Positions 46,401 through 55,386 of a stretch of DNA of 64,000 nucleotides are shown piece after piece; position 1 is the stretch's first letter; the number at the start of each line of letters is the position of its first letter. The stretch lies in the IMG/VR virus record IMGVR_UViG_3300031851_000001, one strand, 5' to 3'. Origin of the DNA: a virus. Lineage: Duplodnaviria; Caudoviricetes. A program made the translations under genes and the position numbers. The notes below the pieces were generated by a model, which saw only the letters and a list, made by a program, of their open reading frames with translations, was not told the DNA's origin and made no database searches.

Positions 46401-48861
46401 TAAGTTGAAGCGATCCATCTATGTGAAGTTTACTATCTGTTTTTGTTCCGCTATTTAATATCGGTGTATTATCATGTTGAGTATATGCGACTGAGTCATT
46501 ACCGATTGTAATATCCCCTGTGCTAAGCATTGCTAATCTAGTTGATGCACCACTATCGTAGAAGTAAACTCCTTGGTCTGCATCAGATATAAAGTAAGCA
46601 TTCCTTGAGTTATCACCACGAATAGAGAACGCCGCTGCGCCATCTGATAAGAACTCTGCCCAATAAGCATTTTTACTTTGGTATGGATTACCACCAATGT
46701 CAATTCTATTAAGTGATAAGAGCGATAGCCCGCCATTATTACCAGCGATTGAAATTGTAGGGTTAGTAGTTGCACCTAATCCTGCGTATGGCGCGATCAT
46801 AATTCCGCCAGTGCCTGAGTTATTATCTACAAGATTAAAGTCTGTGCCTGCTCCAACATTAATACGACCACCAACTCTAAGTGAGTCAGAAGCACCAGTT
46901 TGACCAAGATCCAAATAATTTGTGGTTCCTGATGTATCATAATATACCGGTGCTTTCATATTGTCAACGGCAGTTACACCAGAATCTCTTACGAATAATC
47001 TATCAGAACCACCAGTTCTTACTTTAAATTCGTTTGCAGCAGAGAATGTAATAAGTGTATCAGCATCTCCTTGATGAATAATATCACCTTGTAAACTAAT
47101 ATTATTCATTACCGATGTACCAGCAAAGTCACCATAATATGAGTTATTATCAGAGTCGACAAATTGTGGTGCAAGAACATTATACGTGAATGTTGCATTT
47201 GAATTATTAAGAGTTAATCGTGCAGCGCCATTTGTTGTAAATGTTTGCGTATCTGCGCCAAAAGAAATCTTATTATTAGTATCACCATTATGGAATAAGT
47301 CATCGTTAATCCCAAGGTTATTAAATACCGATGTACCGGCAGGATCAGCATAAAAGTTATTGTCACTTGAGTCAAGGAACCTTGGTGCGATTAAGTCAAC
47401 TGATGATGTAACCGACGTATCAGTGATTGCTAATCTTGTTGCTCCACCTGTGTTTAAATTGATTGTGTCGGTATCAAATGATAACTTAGTATCGGTATCA
47501 CCATTATGGAAAAGATCGCTGTCAATTCCAATCGTATTCATTACAGATGTACCAGCAAAGTCACCAAGATATGCATTATTACCGCTATCTAAATAGCGAG
47601 GAGCCTTTACATCAACTAATGATGTTACGTCAGTGTCAGTAATTAATAACCTTTGACCTCCACCAGTATAAACTTCAAATTGGTTAGCAGCCGGGAAATT
47701 AATATATGTATCAGCATCGCCATCGTGCGAAATTGTCCCAACAAGACTGATGTTATTTAACCTAGATGTATCAGAAGGCCAAGATAGATATGTATTATCA
47801 GCAGAGTCTAAAAATTTATCAGCAATAAGATTACGACCAACAGTCCAATCTCCATTTAAATCTGAATATGTTTGATAAGCAAATACGCCATCAAGGAAAC
47901 CAATTTTACCATTGTCTGATGCCATAACTCTATTGTTACCCGCACCACGCATAGTAAGTAGTGCTGAGCCAGTTCCATCACCAATAGCAACTGTACCTTC
48001 AAACTCTAAGTTACCTGTAGCAACATCGTTAACATCTGAGCGAATAAACTGAGCAGCTTCTAATCCATCAACCGTGTCAGCATCAAATAAGTTACCTGCA
48101 CCTTCATCATCAGTTGTAATAATACGACCTAAGTCTGTACCTCCTGATATTAGTTTAAACCAATCATTTGTTTCATCCCATTGTAAAGATGAATTTGGTA
48201 AATTACCACGAAGAACTTCCCAACCAGCATTTTCTGTCGGAGCTCCTGTAGTAAAATTACTATTAAGAGTAATTAAGTTATCGGCAATTAAAACTGTTTC
48301 TGATTGAACTTCGGTACGTGTACCTTGTACTGTAAGGTTACCAGTGATAATATAATCACCGTCCAATGTATCATTTTGGTCAGAACGAACAAACGATAAT
48401 GAGTCAATTCCATCAAGAAAATCGGCATCTAAGCCTGATCCTGTACCATCGTTACCACTATACCAAACTGGTACGCCGTTAATGGAAGGAACATTAGTAA
48501 AATCCGCTTCAGTAGTATTAATTGTAAGCTGGACGTTATTACCGGCTTTGAATACCAAACCGCTTGCCGTATTATCATTAAATTTTATTTCGTTTGAGCC
48601 TGAGGTATTGTAAATACTGTAGTCACCACTACCTGTATTTTTAATTCGTAATGCACCTACGCCGCCTGCAAAATCCATTAAAGGAGTATCAATACCTCCT
48701 GTGTTCTCAACAGTAATTGGAACCGATGAGCCTGTGCTTGTAAGTTTGGCTGTGCCTGATACTTGTAATTTATTTACACCATCATCAGAGGATGTGCCGA
48801 CAAGAACGTTATTCTCCGATTGAAGACCGTTCTTTACTATGAATTTCTTATCATTTGCCAT
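40474..48861 (-). CDS. giant long tail fibre protein (~2.8k aa)
   Basis: ADFLDGIDS/ADTVDGLEA trimer motifs, many YD.DN..YY.DPASTS repeats, C-terminal TATSARWADLAERYEAD chaperone-like domain; start likely MANDKKF 48861. Confidence 0.85.
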   Translation of the reverse strand: MANDKKFIVKNGLQSENNVLVGTSSDDGVNKLQVSGTAKLTSTGSSVPITVENTGGIDTPLMDFAGGVGALRIKNTGSGDYSIYNTSGSNEIKFNDNTASGLVFKAGNNVQLTINTTEADFTNVPSINGVPVWYSGNDGTGSGLDADFLDGIDSLSFVRSDQNDTLDGDYIITGNLTVQGTRTEVQSETVLIADNLITLNSNFTTGAPTENAGWEVLRGNLPNSSLQWDETNDWFKLISGGTDLGRIITTDDEGAGNLFDADTVDGLEAAQFIRSDVNDVATGNLEFEGTVAIGDGTGSALLTMRGAGNNRVMASDNGKIGFLDGVFAYQTYSDLNGDWTVGRNLIADKFLDSADNTYLSWPSDTSRLNNISLVGTISHDGDADTYINFPAANQFEVYTGGGQRLLITDTDVTSLVDVKAPRYLDSGNNAYLGDFAGTSVMNTIGIDSDLFHNGDTDTKLSFDTDTINLNTGGATRLAITDTSVTSSVDLIAPRFLDSSDNNFYADPAGTSVFNNLGINDDLFHNGDTNNKISFGADTQTFTTNGAARLTLNNSNATFTYNVLAPQFVDSDNNSYYGDFAGTSVMNNISLQGDIIHQGDADTLITFSAANEFKVRTGGSDRLFVRDSGVTAVDNMKAPVYYDTSGTTNYLDLGQTGASDSLRVGGRINVGAGTDFNLVDNNSGTGGIMIAPYAGLGATTNPTISIAGNNGGLSLLSLNRIDIGGNPYQSKNAYWAEFLSDGAAAFSIRGDNSRNAYFISDADQGVYFYDSGASTRLAMLSTGDITIGNDSVAYTQHDNTPILNSGTKTDSKLHIDGSLQLNGTDDAYVVGNGTATFLRMDELGFGQGGGFYMNDANNLRIRNNKLLTSTGNASFAQYLDADDVLFYGDFASTSRMNNISLVGEIIHDGNTNTKIGFGADQIIFTAGGTAQLDVYSTYAEAATDMRSPIFSDAGGTYKFEPNTANAHRFTTPTGTLDIGSKVAGSAQFDTDRAIFLFNKRVNFNGGISAADANDMAYFPTYYDYNDNAYYGDFAGTSVMNRIDLDDYIRHKGDEDTYFGFSAAGIYKLFINNTQRLNIDDNSADFNLDVYAPRYYDSGNNAYYLDPASTSILNVVRTNQIQMDGSSLTIDSPSGPKGTIMVEGERDGYAGYMISNDWGFISSGATEMGLYNETDNEWSLTANRNNFTRLHSNNIHQIGAENGYGSAPNSMRSPIFYDLNNAAFYMQPSGQSRLKSVKAGDSAIFNNTTYPLEVKSAQQRLIVLQNTTADANFPSIFHQTRNSRSAMGISFNNIGERFWFSENGDIQAYGAGIFGSLALNGGNENLGLLKTYGSGLADMKMFDASDYWDKRVIQPMQGIENSATTSTSDYVLNGDGPFASSYVLRTNGYRDFDSDFIPVEPGETIYAEQAVRRISGTGGLFYLGVRQYDKDKNPIAANDGIVYFAASAVDHTATGWTEYKGEHTLPTTHTPFNGSDGAGVRFVRLVSLMNFAPNGATREFGPPILKRVDVQSSIKAEGLTVVTDASIGGDLTVTGDVSADNISANIIDAGRFRDLNDTNYYIEPKGPSKVAGNWDWTNGNINNVNKLTFNDPGPSEGLAWNGGNLWQIYESPNDLATNSGGNLQFTSGAGNGTYRLRVESDGDVWAGRYSYAQRFYDSNNSAYYADPASTSVFNEIRADEYIRHNGDTNTYIRFIGADDMQLVAGGTQMLRMAEGTNPDRLRFVTDDNWTDANGDWAMSRNVVVTGTHTALNGSYASRFYDSDDNAYYLDPASTSLTNVLRANAVQFGGSTYQLDTSTGNYGSISVTGNKGGYAGYAINDDWVFMSSGAGIAGIYNDTNNQWATIYRQAGDTELHWAGTEQASTKDGFFLGTNQLRSPIWYDSDNTAYKIDGNGTSRLLTLQVDNVIQGNVDGYAQTLLRKDNRIIEPNEDTAGRLTFGFTSWNNDNTAPYADYLHLRSYTDSSGGSDNLLMFKKSGRGMRLWQQSWNSGTAYSSYSDIAIYNANPGGGTSSYFYASRLVDSDNTSFYMDPSNTSKVDVIQFADGGEAQFITGAGNVRGYIQATDTNDNHLIIATSGGEDIAFKDGGLSGTTNLLVRGDGNVFVTGGAYAGRYYDRDSTGYYGDFASTSVMHTLDIRSEVYNDGWFRNDTNGRGLYNTATGQHFYSDNDDYWNIAGGSSANGIRFRDENAGTIRGYVYANNSNDIGFLNNSAGWALRTRGGTTEVYGNMYADVYYDRNNSSYFLNPAGDNSFAGDVRANRFIHKDDVSQDDTFGLYFSSNESAAYAIYREGGGWSYRYPDLRIAFHTGIKFGANANYNGMRFYDDYNMNNQVMSINNATDPLGANDVYVNNSLQARSSLRAQIFYDNNNTGRYTDPASTSQMNVVRADQFDMRDRGDFITLYGDNSTNHSISARDLNGNTSDDIRINSYGSVYINLDSNNNNTSGADFYIGRHGQATGGIGNSDLFRVYGDANYAYSGFSFRAPIFYDSNNTGYYCDPASFSNFNTGMRGNDIYARSWLRNDSARNGLYNQGTGGHFYSYQGQYWAATGNNNSSSMSFQLRATYNGTMCRWMYGDRTWSGDLNAAGQWQLRTRHQDGYSPCIRFEESGNESWTGNPGNDVGKIEYHSNRFYIVAGGNSNRICQFRQNGSDRSYIANDGVFVGTATSARWADLAERYEADAIYGPGYILGIGGDKEVTLYQPGMPVAGAVSTNPAYRMNEHIEYDNDDSIESKMNPFVALKGRIPVLINGDATKGQWIIADRDGKGRAVDYGTAGINSFDIIGIAISDSENGEVEVKV
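41350..47830 (-). repeat. ~19 dispersed protein-level repeats (F/Y)xDxDNxxYYxD(P/F)A(S/G)TS in tail fibre
   Basis: Manual count in the translation; coordinates approximate. Confidence 0.75.
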
Positions 48862-48898
48862 TCGGTTCACTCTCCCCAGTTAGGCTTATTCTTTATTG

Positions 48899-48906
48899 TA
48901 TTTATA
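48899..48906 (-). promoter_or_regulatory. T4-type late promoter (fibre / precursor / rSAM operon)
   Basis: TATAAATA on minus strand just upstream of the fibre start. Confidence 0.8.
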
Positions 48907-48910
48907 ATGA

Positions 48911-51016
48911 TTACTTAATCAGTGTTCCCGCAATTTTATATACTGTTGAAGATGCTGAACTTGAATTCACATTAAGTTTAACGAGAAACCCATCAATTTC
49001 AACATCAAACGTTGCTAGCTCTGTACTCGTAAACACAACGCCGTATTCAGTAGCAATTGCGGTTGACCCGTCGTGTGTAACCAATAGTTTAGTTATTTGA
49101 CGATCAGTACCTTCAGTTGCGGTTACTGTATATTCAGCACCACTAAAACTACTATACGGAAATGCGTGAATGTTTGTCGAGCTTGTTGTAGTTGTCGTGG
49201 TTGTTGATGATATAAATGTACTTTGGTCTAAACTTAAGTTGCCTTCAACCGTTAAGTTACCTGTAATCGTATCACCAGTAACATTAACAAATCTGTTATC
49301 AGCTTCAGTTTCAGTATAATAGCGATTGTCTAATTGACCCGCATCTAACTCTGTTTCAGTATAATATCTGCTATCAAGTTGACCATTATCTAATTCAGTC
49401 TCTGTGTAATAAAGAGAATTAAGTTGACCATTATCTAGCTCGGTCTCTGTATAATAACGACTGTCAAGTTCACCATTATCTAGCTCGGTCTCTGTATAAT
49501 AACGACTGTCAAGTTCACCGCTTGTTAATTCGGTTTCAGTAAAGTATCTGTTATCGAGTTGACCAGCATCTAATTCTGTTTCGGTATAATAACGATCGTC
49601 AAGTTGTGTATTTGCATGTGTTAGTACGTGACCATTCGTATCAAAGGTTAGACCAGTGAGTACACGACCTGATGCTAATGAAGTATCAACAACTGAAGAT
49701 GTATCGTCGTGGGTTATTGTAATTATTGTATTAATGGAATCATTTAAGTTAAAGTTTCCAGTACCAGTTAGTCCTGATCCACCTTGAACTGTAACATTAC
49801 CATTTCCGATTTGGTTTGCCGCAGTATTTGCAGCCTGTGATAAAATATCTGATGCATGTAATCCATCAAGTTTATCAGCATCTAAGTCAGTTCCTGTACC
49901 ATCAACTGTAATAAGTTCCGCAAGGATTTCGGCAGCAGTTTGGTCAGCGGTTGCGCCATCTTCAATTAAATCGAGTTTAGCACCATCAACCGAAACGTCT
50001 CTACCATCAACATTGCCAGTAACAGTAATATTACCTGTTACATCAATATCCTGTCCAAAGGTATCAACCTCAACGTAATAGCTTGTACCATCACCTGTTT
50101 GTAATGCCAAAGTGTTGTTTGCACTAATCCAAGAAAAGTCATCAACGCCAGATACTGAAGATGTTGTGACAGATGTTAAACGCCCGTCTTCGTCAACAGT
50201 AATTACCGGAACGGCGGTTGCCGAACCATATGAGCCTGCTGTTACACCAGTATTTGCTAACTCAGTAGTAAGAGTCATTACACCAGTATTTGAAGAAGCT
50301 GTACCCGTAACCTTACCAGTTAATGTGAGATCCAATCCATCTTCTAATAAATCTAACTTTGCACCGTCGGCAGCAACATCCCGGCCATCTACCAAGCCTG
50401 TTACTGTAATGTTTCCAATAACACCAAGGCCGGTAAACGTATCAATAAGTGTGTCGTAAAAGTTACCATCAGCGGTACCAATAGTAAATGTATTATTAGC
50501 AATAGTCCATGTAGTGTTTGCCACACCTGCCACGGAAACGGTATTGGCTGTAGTAATTCGACCATCTTCATCAACCGTGAAAACGGGTACAAGAGAAGCC
50601 GAACCATACGAGCCTGCGGTTACACCAGTATTTGATAACTCTGTTGTAAGAGTCATAACACCAGTATTAGAGAATGCATTGCCTGTTACTTTACCGTCTA
50701 ATGTGAGGTCTAAAGTAGCAGGTGGTACATTCGTAAAGTTATTATAATCTAAGTAATAATCGCCAGACTGACCATCTAATAGGTCTGAGTCAAGGCCGGA
50801 TCCTACGCCATCAACTGTTTTAAGGAGGGTAAGAACCGCGCTGGCATCTAAGTCTGCCGATACATCGATAATTGATTCTGTGTTAGCAACGGCATCATAT
50901 TTTTTAAAATATAGTTTACCGTCAGCAGTGTTAATGGCGATTTCACCAAAATCTAACTGTGCAACTGTAGGTACACGCCCCGCAACTGAACTGCGGCGTA
51001 ATTTTATTGTTGACAT
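48911..51016 (-). CDS. tail fibre / virion structural protein
   Basis: IKLRRS.V.GRVPT..QL..GEIAINTADGKLY N-terminus, SGLDSDLLDG, duplicated GVTAGSYGSA blocks. Confidence 0.8.
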   Translation of the reverse strand: MSTIKLRRSSVAGRVPTVAQLDFGEIAINTADGKLYFKKYDAVANTESIIDVSADLDASAVLTLLKTVDGVGSGLDSDLLDGQSGDYYLDYNNFTNVPPATLDLTLDGKVTGNAFSNTGVMTLTTELSNTGVTAGSYGSASLVPVFTVDEDGRITTANTVSVAGVANTTWTIANNTFTIGTADGNFYDTLIDTFTGLGVIGNITVTGLVDGRDVAADGAKLDLLEDGLDLTLTGKVTGTASSNTGVMTLTTELANTGVTAGSYGSATAVPVITVDEDGRLTSVTTSSVSGVDDFSWISANNTLALQTGDGTSYYVEVDTFGQDIDVTGNITVTGNVDGRDVSVDGAKLDLIEDGATADQTAAEILAELITVDGTGTDLDADKLDGLHASDILSQAANTAANQIGNGNVTVQGGSGLTGTGNFNLNDSINTIITITHDDTSSVVDTSLASGRVLTGLTFDTNGHVLTHANTQLDDRYYTETELDAGQLDNRYFTETELTSGELDSRYYTETELDNGELDSRYYTETELDNGQLNSLYYTETELDNGQLDSRYYTETELDAGQLDNRYYTETEADNRFVNVTGDTITGNLTVEGNLSLDQSTFISSTTTTTTTSSTNIHAFPYSSFSGAEYTVTATEGTDRQITKLLVTHDGSTAIATEYGVVFTSTELATFDVEIDGFLVKLNVNSSSASSTVYKIAGTLIK
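49292..49606 (-). repeat. 7 tandem 45-bp repeats encoding (Q/E)LDxRYYTETELDxG
   Basis: Period of 45 nt read directly; repeats 3 and 4 nearly identical at DNA level. Confidence 0.9.
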
Positions 51017-51078
51017 ATGTATGCCCCTTTGTTATAATAGATATATATCTTAATAATCAATAATATAGTTTTAATAAA

Positions 51079-54000
51079 TTAAAACGTTCCACCGTCAATT
51101 TCATTAATAGCAATTGCGACATTTCCCGCAGTTACTGTAGTATCGACTCCATCAGTACCAGTAAAGGTTAGATTTGTGCCTAGAGATATATCAGATGTTG
51201 CACCACTTTCATCAATAACTGTAAACGTAGAGTTCTCTAATTTAGCGTTAGTGATATCACCATCGGTTATAGAGAATTCAGTACCAGTTAATGTTAACGC
51301 GCTTCCAGCCGAGTATGTACCCGCACCAGAGAATTGATACCAAATAACGTCGTCAGTACCAAGCGCAAATGTTTCAGCATCTGTTACCGTCGCAACATAA
51401 CCAGTACCATTATTTATAGTACCATCAGTTACGAATTGGAAGGCTCCTGGGATTTCCGAGGTTTCATTAAAGTATTCACCTCGAGTAATTACCCAATCAA
51501 TAGCCGCGCTACCGATTGTAGTAACTTCATAGGAACCATTTTCTAGTGAAGCAGTTTGATCTTTAACAAGAATTCTATCTCCGAGAGACCAATTTGCTAC
51601 ACCGTCGATGTCAAGTATAATATTAGCAGGAATAGTAAGTGTACCATTTCCATGATTATACGTTGCACCTAAATCAGCAGTCGTTGCTGCAAGAGCAGAA
51701 GGAATAACTCTTAACCCTTGTGCTACACCATCAACGTAAGCCTTAGTTGCCGCATCCTGTAAACTAACAGGGTCAGCAAGATCTTTAATTATATTATTAC
51801 TTACACTTATTTCGTTTGTATCAGAGTCAAGAATTAAATCGTGGCCAGTTCCTGCGTCTGTAGAAACTGTTCTGTTATTAATTAAAACTGAACCTGATTT
51901 TAAATTACCATCAACTTCAAGTGCTTTGAATATAGAGTCTGTACCACCCGGATGTAAGAAGTAAGATGTGGCATCTGTATCAACAAATTTTTCTGCTAAT
52001 ACATTATTGTTTACATACCAATTACCGGTTGACCTTTCGGAATAAGCAGAGAAGTTAAACGTATTATCAAGGAAACCAATTTTACCTTGACCGGCGTAAA
52101 GCGTTGACTGAGATCCGGGACCATCAGCAAATCCAATTTGCGAGAATGTTAGACCATAACCAACTCTTAATTGGTTTAGTCTTGTTTCTCCAGCAAAATC
52201 GCCATAGTAGTTATTATTGTCTGAGTCAAAATATCTCGGAGCAAATACGTTACCAGTGAATGTTGAACCATCAAGCGTGGCATAAACCGTATCAAGATGG
52301 CTATAATCTAAACCAATCGCAACGTTTGCGTTAGCTCCTGTACCAATAAACTCTTGGTTAACTGTAACACCAGATGTAATTCCGTCTGGGTAAATAAACC
52401 TTACATACTGTGTAGTAATATCAGCATCAATAGTTGTATCTGTAAGTCTTGTAACTTGTGCCGAACCATCAAGGTCTCCACCCAGTGTAATAGTGAAGTT
52501 ATCTGCAAAGAGATTCATTACATCGTTGACATCATCGTTTACGGCAAATACACCTGCACCATTTGCATTACCGTCTGTAAACATCAAACCAATAATATCA
52601 CGTGATGTTTCAGTAAAGTTTGGAATCGCGTTAGCTTGTAATTCTAATGGAATGTCTGTAGCAAAATCAATTCTACCATCTTCAGTAATACGTATACGAG
52701 GAGTAAATCCATCAGTACCATACATTTCAGCAGAAACGCCAGTAACATCAAGTCCAATTTTTAATTCGTTGTTTGCACTATCAATATCCTGAAGTTCTAA
52801 ACCACGGCCAAGATTTAATGTTGGATTTTGTAGTAAGTCAATATCCGTTAAGTGTGAATTAGCACCATCTTCAATTTGTAATTTAGAAGAGAATGATCCG
52901 CCAAGATAATTAAGAGTAACAACATCACTAAGATTAACTGGGTCAGCAACATTAGTAATTGTATTATTTGCGGCATCAATATTACCAGTAGGATCAAGTA
53001 CTAAGTTAGCATTTGAAACAATTTTAGTATTGACTTCTAAATTACCTGTGTTATAATTAAGTACAATTTGATTAAGATTTTGACCAAAGTTTAAATTACC
53101 AAGCTCATCAATTTGCATTCTTTGAGTATTGGCAGTATAGAAATCTAAATCGTTATTATCAACACCTGCAGCGGTTTCAGCAATGATATATGTATTTCTG
53201 TCGAGATCCATAACTGAGCCAGCAAGACCAGCCCAAGCAGTACCATCGTAACCTTCAAACCGAGCATCTTCAGTATTATAGCGTAATCCACCAACGATAC
53301 CAACTGGCCTTTCAGCGGTCGTACCTTTTGGCATAACCAACGCGCCATTAGTATCAATTCTAATTAACTCATCGTCTGAACCAAGCTTACCTGTAAAGAT
53401 TTTATCAAAGTTATAATTTGGTGCACCGAGTGTTAAAGAACCGGTTACATTTGGTCTTAGGGAAGTTGATATGACAGGAACATTAACATCACCATAGAAA
53501 GTGGTAACATTGTTCGCATTCATCATAGCAACTCTAGAACCGCCAGTAAAGAATTGTAATTGATCGTCGTCAGACCCTGGGCTGTTTTCTGCTATAACCT
53601 TTGTATCTTGGTCAACATCAACAGTACCACCTAAGCCTGCCCATGCAACTCCATCATAACCTTCGAATTGGCTATCCTGAGTATTAAAGCGAATTTGACC
53701 AGTTGCTTCAGTTGGTCTTTCTAGTGTTGTACCTTGTGGTAAACGAACTGCGCTTGTTCCTGAGATTATTAAATCATCACCTACTGGATTAATCTGATTT
53801 AATGGAAGAGTTTCGTTTACACTAAATCGAGTTCCGTTAAGGACTAAACCAGCACCTGCTGTAAATGTACCTTCACCTTGGAACTGAGCCCATTCAACAG
53901 GGTCTGTATTAAGGTTAAAGTTAGCAGCATCAAGAACTGTAGAAACCCAACCTGTACCACCATTAATTGTACCGTCAGTAACAAATTCGTATGAACCCGG

Positions 54001-54963
54001 AAGTTGTTCGCTTGTATTGAAATCAGCTCTTTGGAATATCCATTCAGTATTGGCAGAACCAACTTGGATTACATCATAAGAACCGTTTTGTGTTTTATCA
54101 GTTTGGTCTTTAACGAGAAGGTTTTTGCCAAGTGTCCAAGTAGTAACATCGTCGATATATAAAAAGTTAACTGGCGGAATAGTAAGAGTATCACGTACCG
54201 TCGAGTTTCCTGTTTCAAACGTGGCACCTAAATCTTCTGTCGTTGCGGCAAGAGCCTGTGGTCTAACCACGAAACCCTGTACTAAATTATCAACATATCT
54301 TTTGTTTGTAGCATCAGTTGCGATAATAGGATCGTCAAAAACTTTAATCGTTGTTTCAACACGATCTAATTCAAACTCAAGATACGTTTTGTTAATAGCA
54401 TCAAATCCATCAATAGGATCAAGTATACCAGAAACTCTATGGAAAGACATATCCACAACGTTATTAGAACCTGGGTCAAATGTTATGTTGGCATTCGCAG
54501 TAAATGTACCATCAAATAATTCAACACCGCCTGCTTCAAATGTTGTAAGTCCAACGATATTGTTTGAAGACTCACCAAGAGTTAAGGCTGTTGTACCAAG
54601 TGTAATATCGTTAGTTGAAATTACGTTATTAGAATAAGCAAAGTTGTCTTCGCTAAACGAACGATTATTAAATTGAGTAATGTGACCATATTGGTCTAAA
54701 TCAATATTACCAGCAAATACTAAACCGGCATTATTAGAACTTATTTCCGTTGATGTAGCTGCGTGAGATATAACAAGATTTGCATTCTCTGTATTAAGTT
54801 CTGGTGTAACGATAATACCAGAACCTGCATCAACTTTTGCAACGTATTGACCAACTGTATCAATTCCAAGCGTAATGGAATCTGGCGTAATGAGTGGTTT
54901 TTTCTCAGCGGCTGCGACAATCCTAATCTTATTGGACTGACCTACTTTTACTTTAATGCTCAC
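51079..54963 (-). CDS. large virion structural/fibre protein
   Basis: Duplicated LP.GTT.ERP...G.IRFNT....FEGY.G..W modules and duplicated ALAATT.DLGAT...LVKDQT...NGSY.V...FVTDGT modules. Confidence 0.8.
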   Translation of the reverse strand: MSIKVKVGQSNKIRIVAAAEKKPLITPDSITLGIDTVGQYVAKVDAGSGIIVTPELNTENANLVISHAATSTEISSNNAGLVFAGNIDLDQYGHITQFNNRSFSEDNFAYSNNVISTNDITLGTTALTLGESSNNIVGLTTFEAGGVELFDGTFTANANITFDPGSNNVVDMSFHRVSGILDPIDGFDAINKTYLEFELDRVETTIKVFDDPIIATDATNKRYVDNLVQGFVVRPQALAATTEDLGATFETGNSTVRDTLTIPPVNFLYIDDVTTWTLGKNLLVKDQTDKTQNGSYDVIQVGSANTEWIFQRADFNTSEQLPGSYEFVTDGTINGGTGWVSTVLDAANFNLNTDPVEWAQFQGEGTFTAGAGLVLNGTRFSVNETLPLNQINPVGDDLIISGTSAVRLPQGTTLERPTEATGQIRFNTQDSQFEGYDGVAWAGLGGTVDVDQDTKVIAENSPGSDDDQLQFFTGGSRVAMMNANNVTTFYGDVNVPVISTSLRPNVTGSLTLGAPNYNFDKIFTGKLGSDDELIRIDTNGALVMPKGTTAERPVGIVGGLRYNTEDARFEGYDGTAWAGLAGSVMDLDRNTYIIAETAAGVDNNDLDFYTANTQRMQIDELGNLNFGQNLNQIVLNYNTGNLEVNTKIVSNANLVLDPTGNIDAANNTITNVADPVNLSDVVTLNYLGGSFSSKLQIEDGANSHLTDIDLLQNPTLNLGRGLELQDIDSANNELKIGLDVTGVSAEMYGTDGFTPRIRITEDGRIDFATDIPLELQANAIPNFTETSRDIIGLMFTDGNANGAGVFAVNDDVNDVMNLFADNFTITLGGDLDGSAQVTRLTDTTIDADITTQYVRFIYPDGITSGVTVNQEFIGTGANANVAIGLDYSHLDTVYATLDGSTFTGNVFAPRYFDSDNNNYYGDFAGETRLNQLRVGYGLTFSQIGFADGPGSQSTLYAGQGKIGFLDNTFNFSAYSERSTGNWYVNNNVLAEKFVDTDATSYFLHPGGTDSIFKALEVDGNLKSGSVLINNRTVSTDAGTGHDLILDSDTNEISVSNNIIKDLADPVSLQDAATKAYVDGVAQGLRVIPSALAATTADLGATYNHGNGTLTIPANIILDIDGVANWSLGDRILVKDQTASLENGSYEVTTIGSAAIDWVITRGEYFNETSEIPGAFQFVTDGTINNGTGYVATVTDAETFALGTDDVIWYQFSGAGTYSAGSALTLTGTEFSITDGDITNAKLENSTFTVIDESGATSDISLGTNLTFTGTDGVDTTVTAGNVAIAINEIDGGTF

Positions 54964-54965
54964 TG

Positions 54966-55292
54966 CTAAACCTCCGTGATTGTTGGTATAACTATTGCTA
55001 GACCTTCAACAATTTTGGACATTTCACCACTGGATTTTCTCATTAAAACATCATACTCGTATTTTCCCGGCCTTAGATTGGCTGTAACATCAGCCTCTAA
55101 AACTAGTGTAATGTCATTCTCGTTTTTCTCTACAACGAATTCCGCTGCGCGTTTTGATGAATACATTTTTCTTAAGTCTGCGAAAAAACTAAATGTGTTT
55201 ATCACCAAATCATCATCGTCTCCGTCGAACATTTCCAACGTAATACGAAAATCAGTACCTTGATCTATATAGATATTTGCTTTGGATCCCAT
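54966..55292 (-). CDS. small virion structural protein
   Basis: ANIYIDQGTDF, G.YEYDVL, KIVEG motifs; late promoter upstream. Confidence 0.75.
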   Translation of the reverse strand: MGSKANIYIDQGTDFRITLEMFDGDDDDLVINTFSFFADLRKMYSSKRAAEFVVEKNENDITLVLEADVTANLRPGKYEYDVLMRKSSGEMSKIVEGLAIVIPTITEV

Positions 55293-55318
55293 TTTTTCAT
55301 CTCTTTATTACTTTTATC

Positions 55319-55326
55319 TATTTATA
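55319..55326 (-). promoter_or_regulatory. T4-type late promoter
   Basis: TATAAATA on minus strand. Confidence 0.8.
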
Positions 55327-55365
55327 AAAAATAAGGAGGCACAATCGCTTGACCCCCTCACTTAT
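55326..55365 (-). terminator. possible weak intrinsic terminator after collagen fibre gene
   Basis: ATAAG/CTTAT + GAGG/CCTC imperfect stem, 16-nt loop, followed by a T-run on the minus strand. Confidence 0.3.
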
Positions 55366-55386
55366 AATGACTGAGATTTGCAAGAA

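Noticed and set aside
49292-49606. Tandem repeats as a CRISPR array
   Set aside because: In-frame coding repeats with no unique spacers.
54125-54637. 170-aa + strand ORF and similar antisense ORFs across the fibre genes
   Set aside because: Antisense shadows of long codon-biased genes; low-complexity S/V/T composition.
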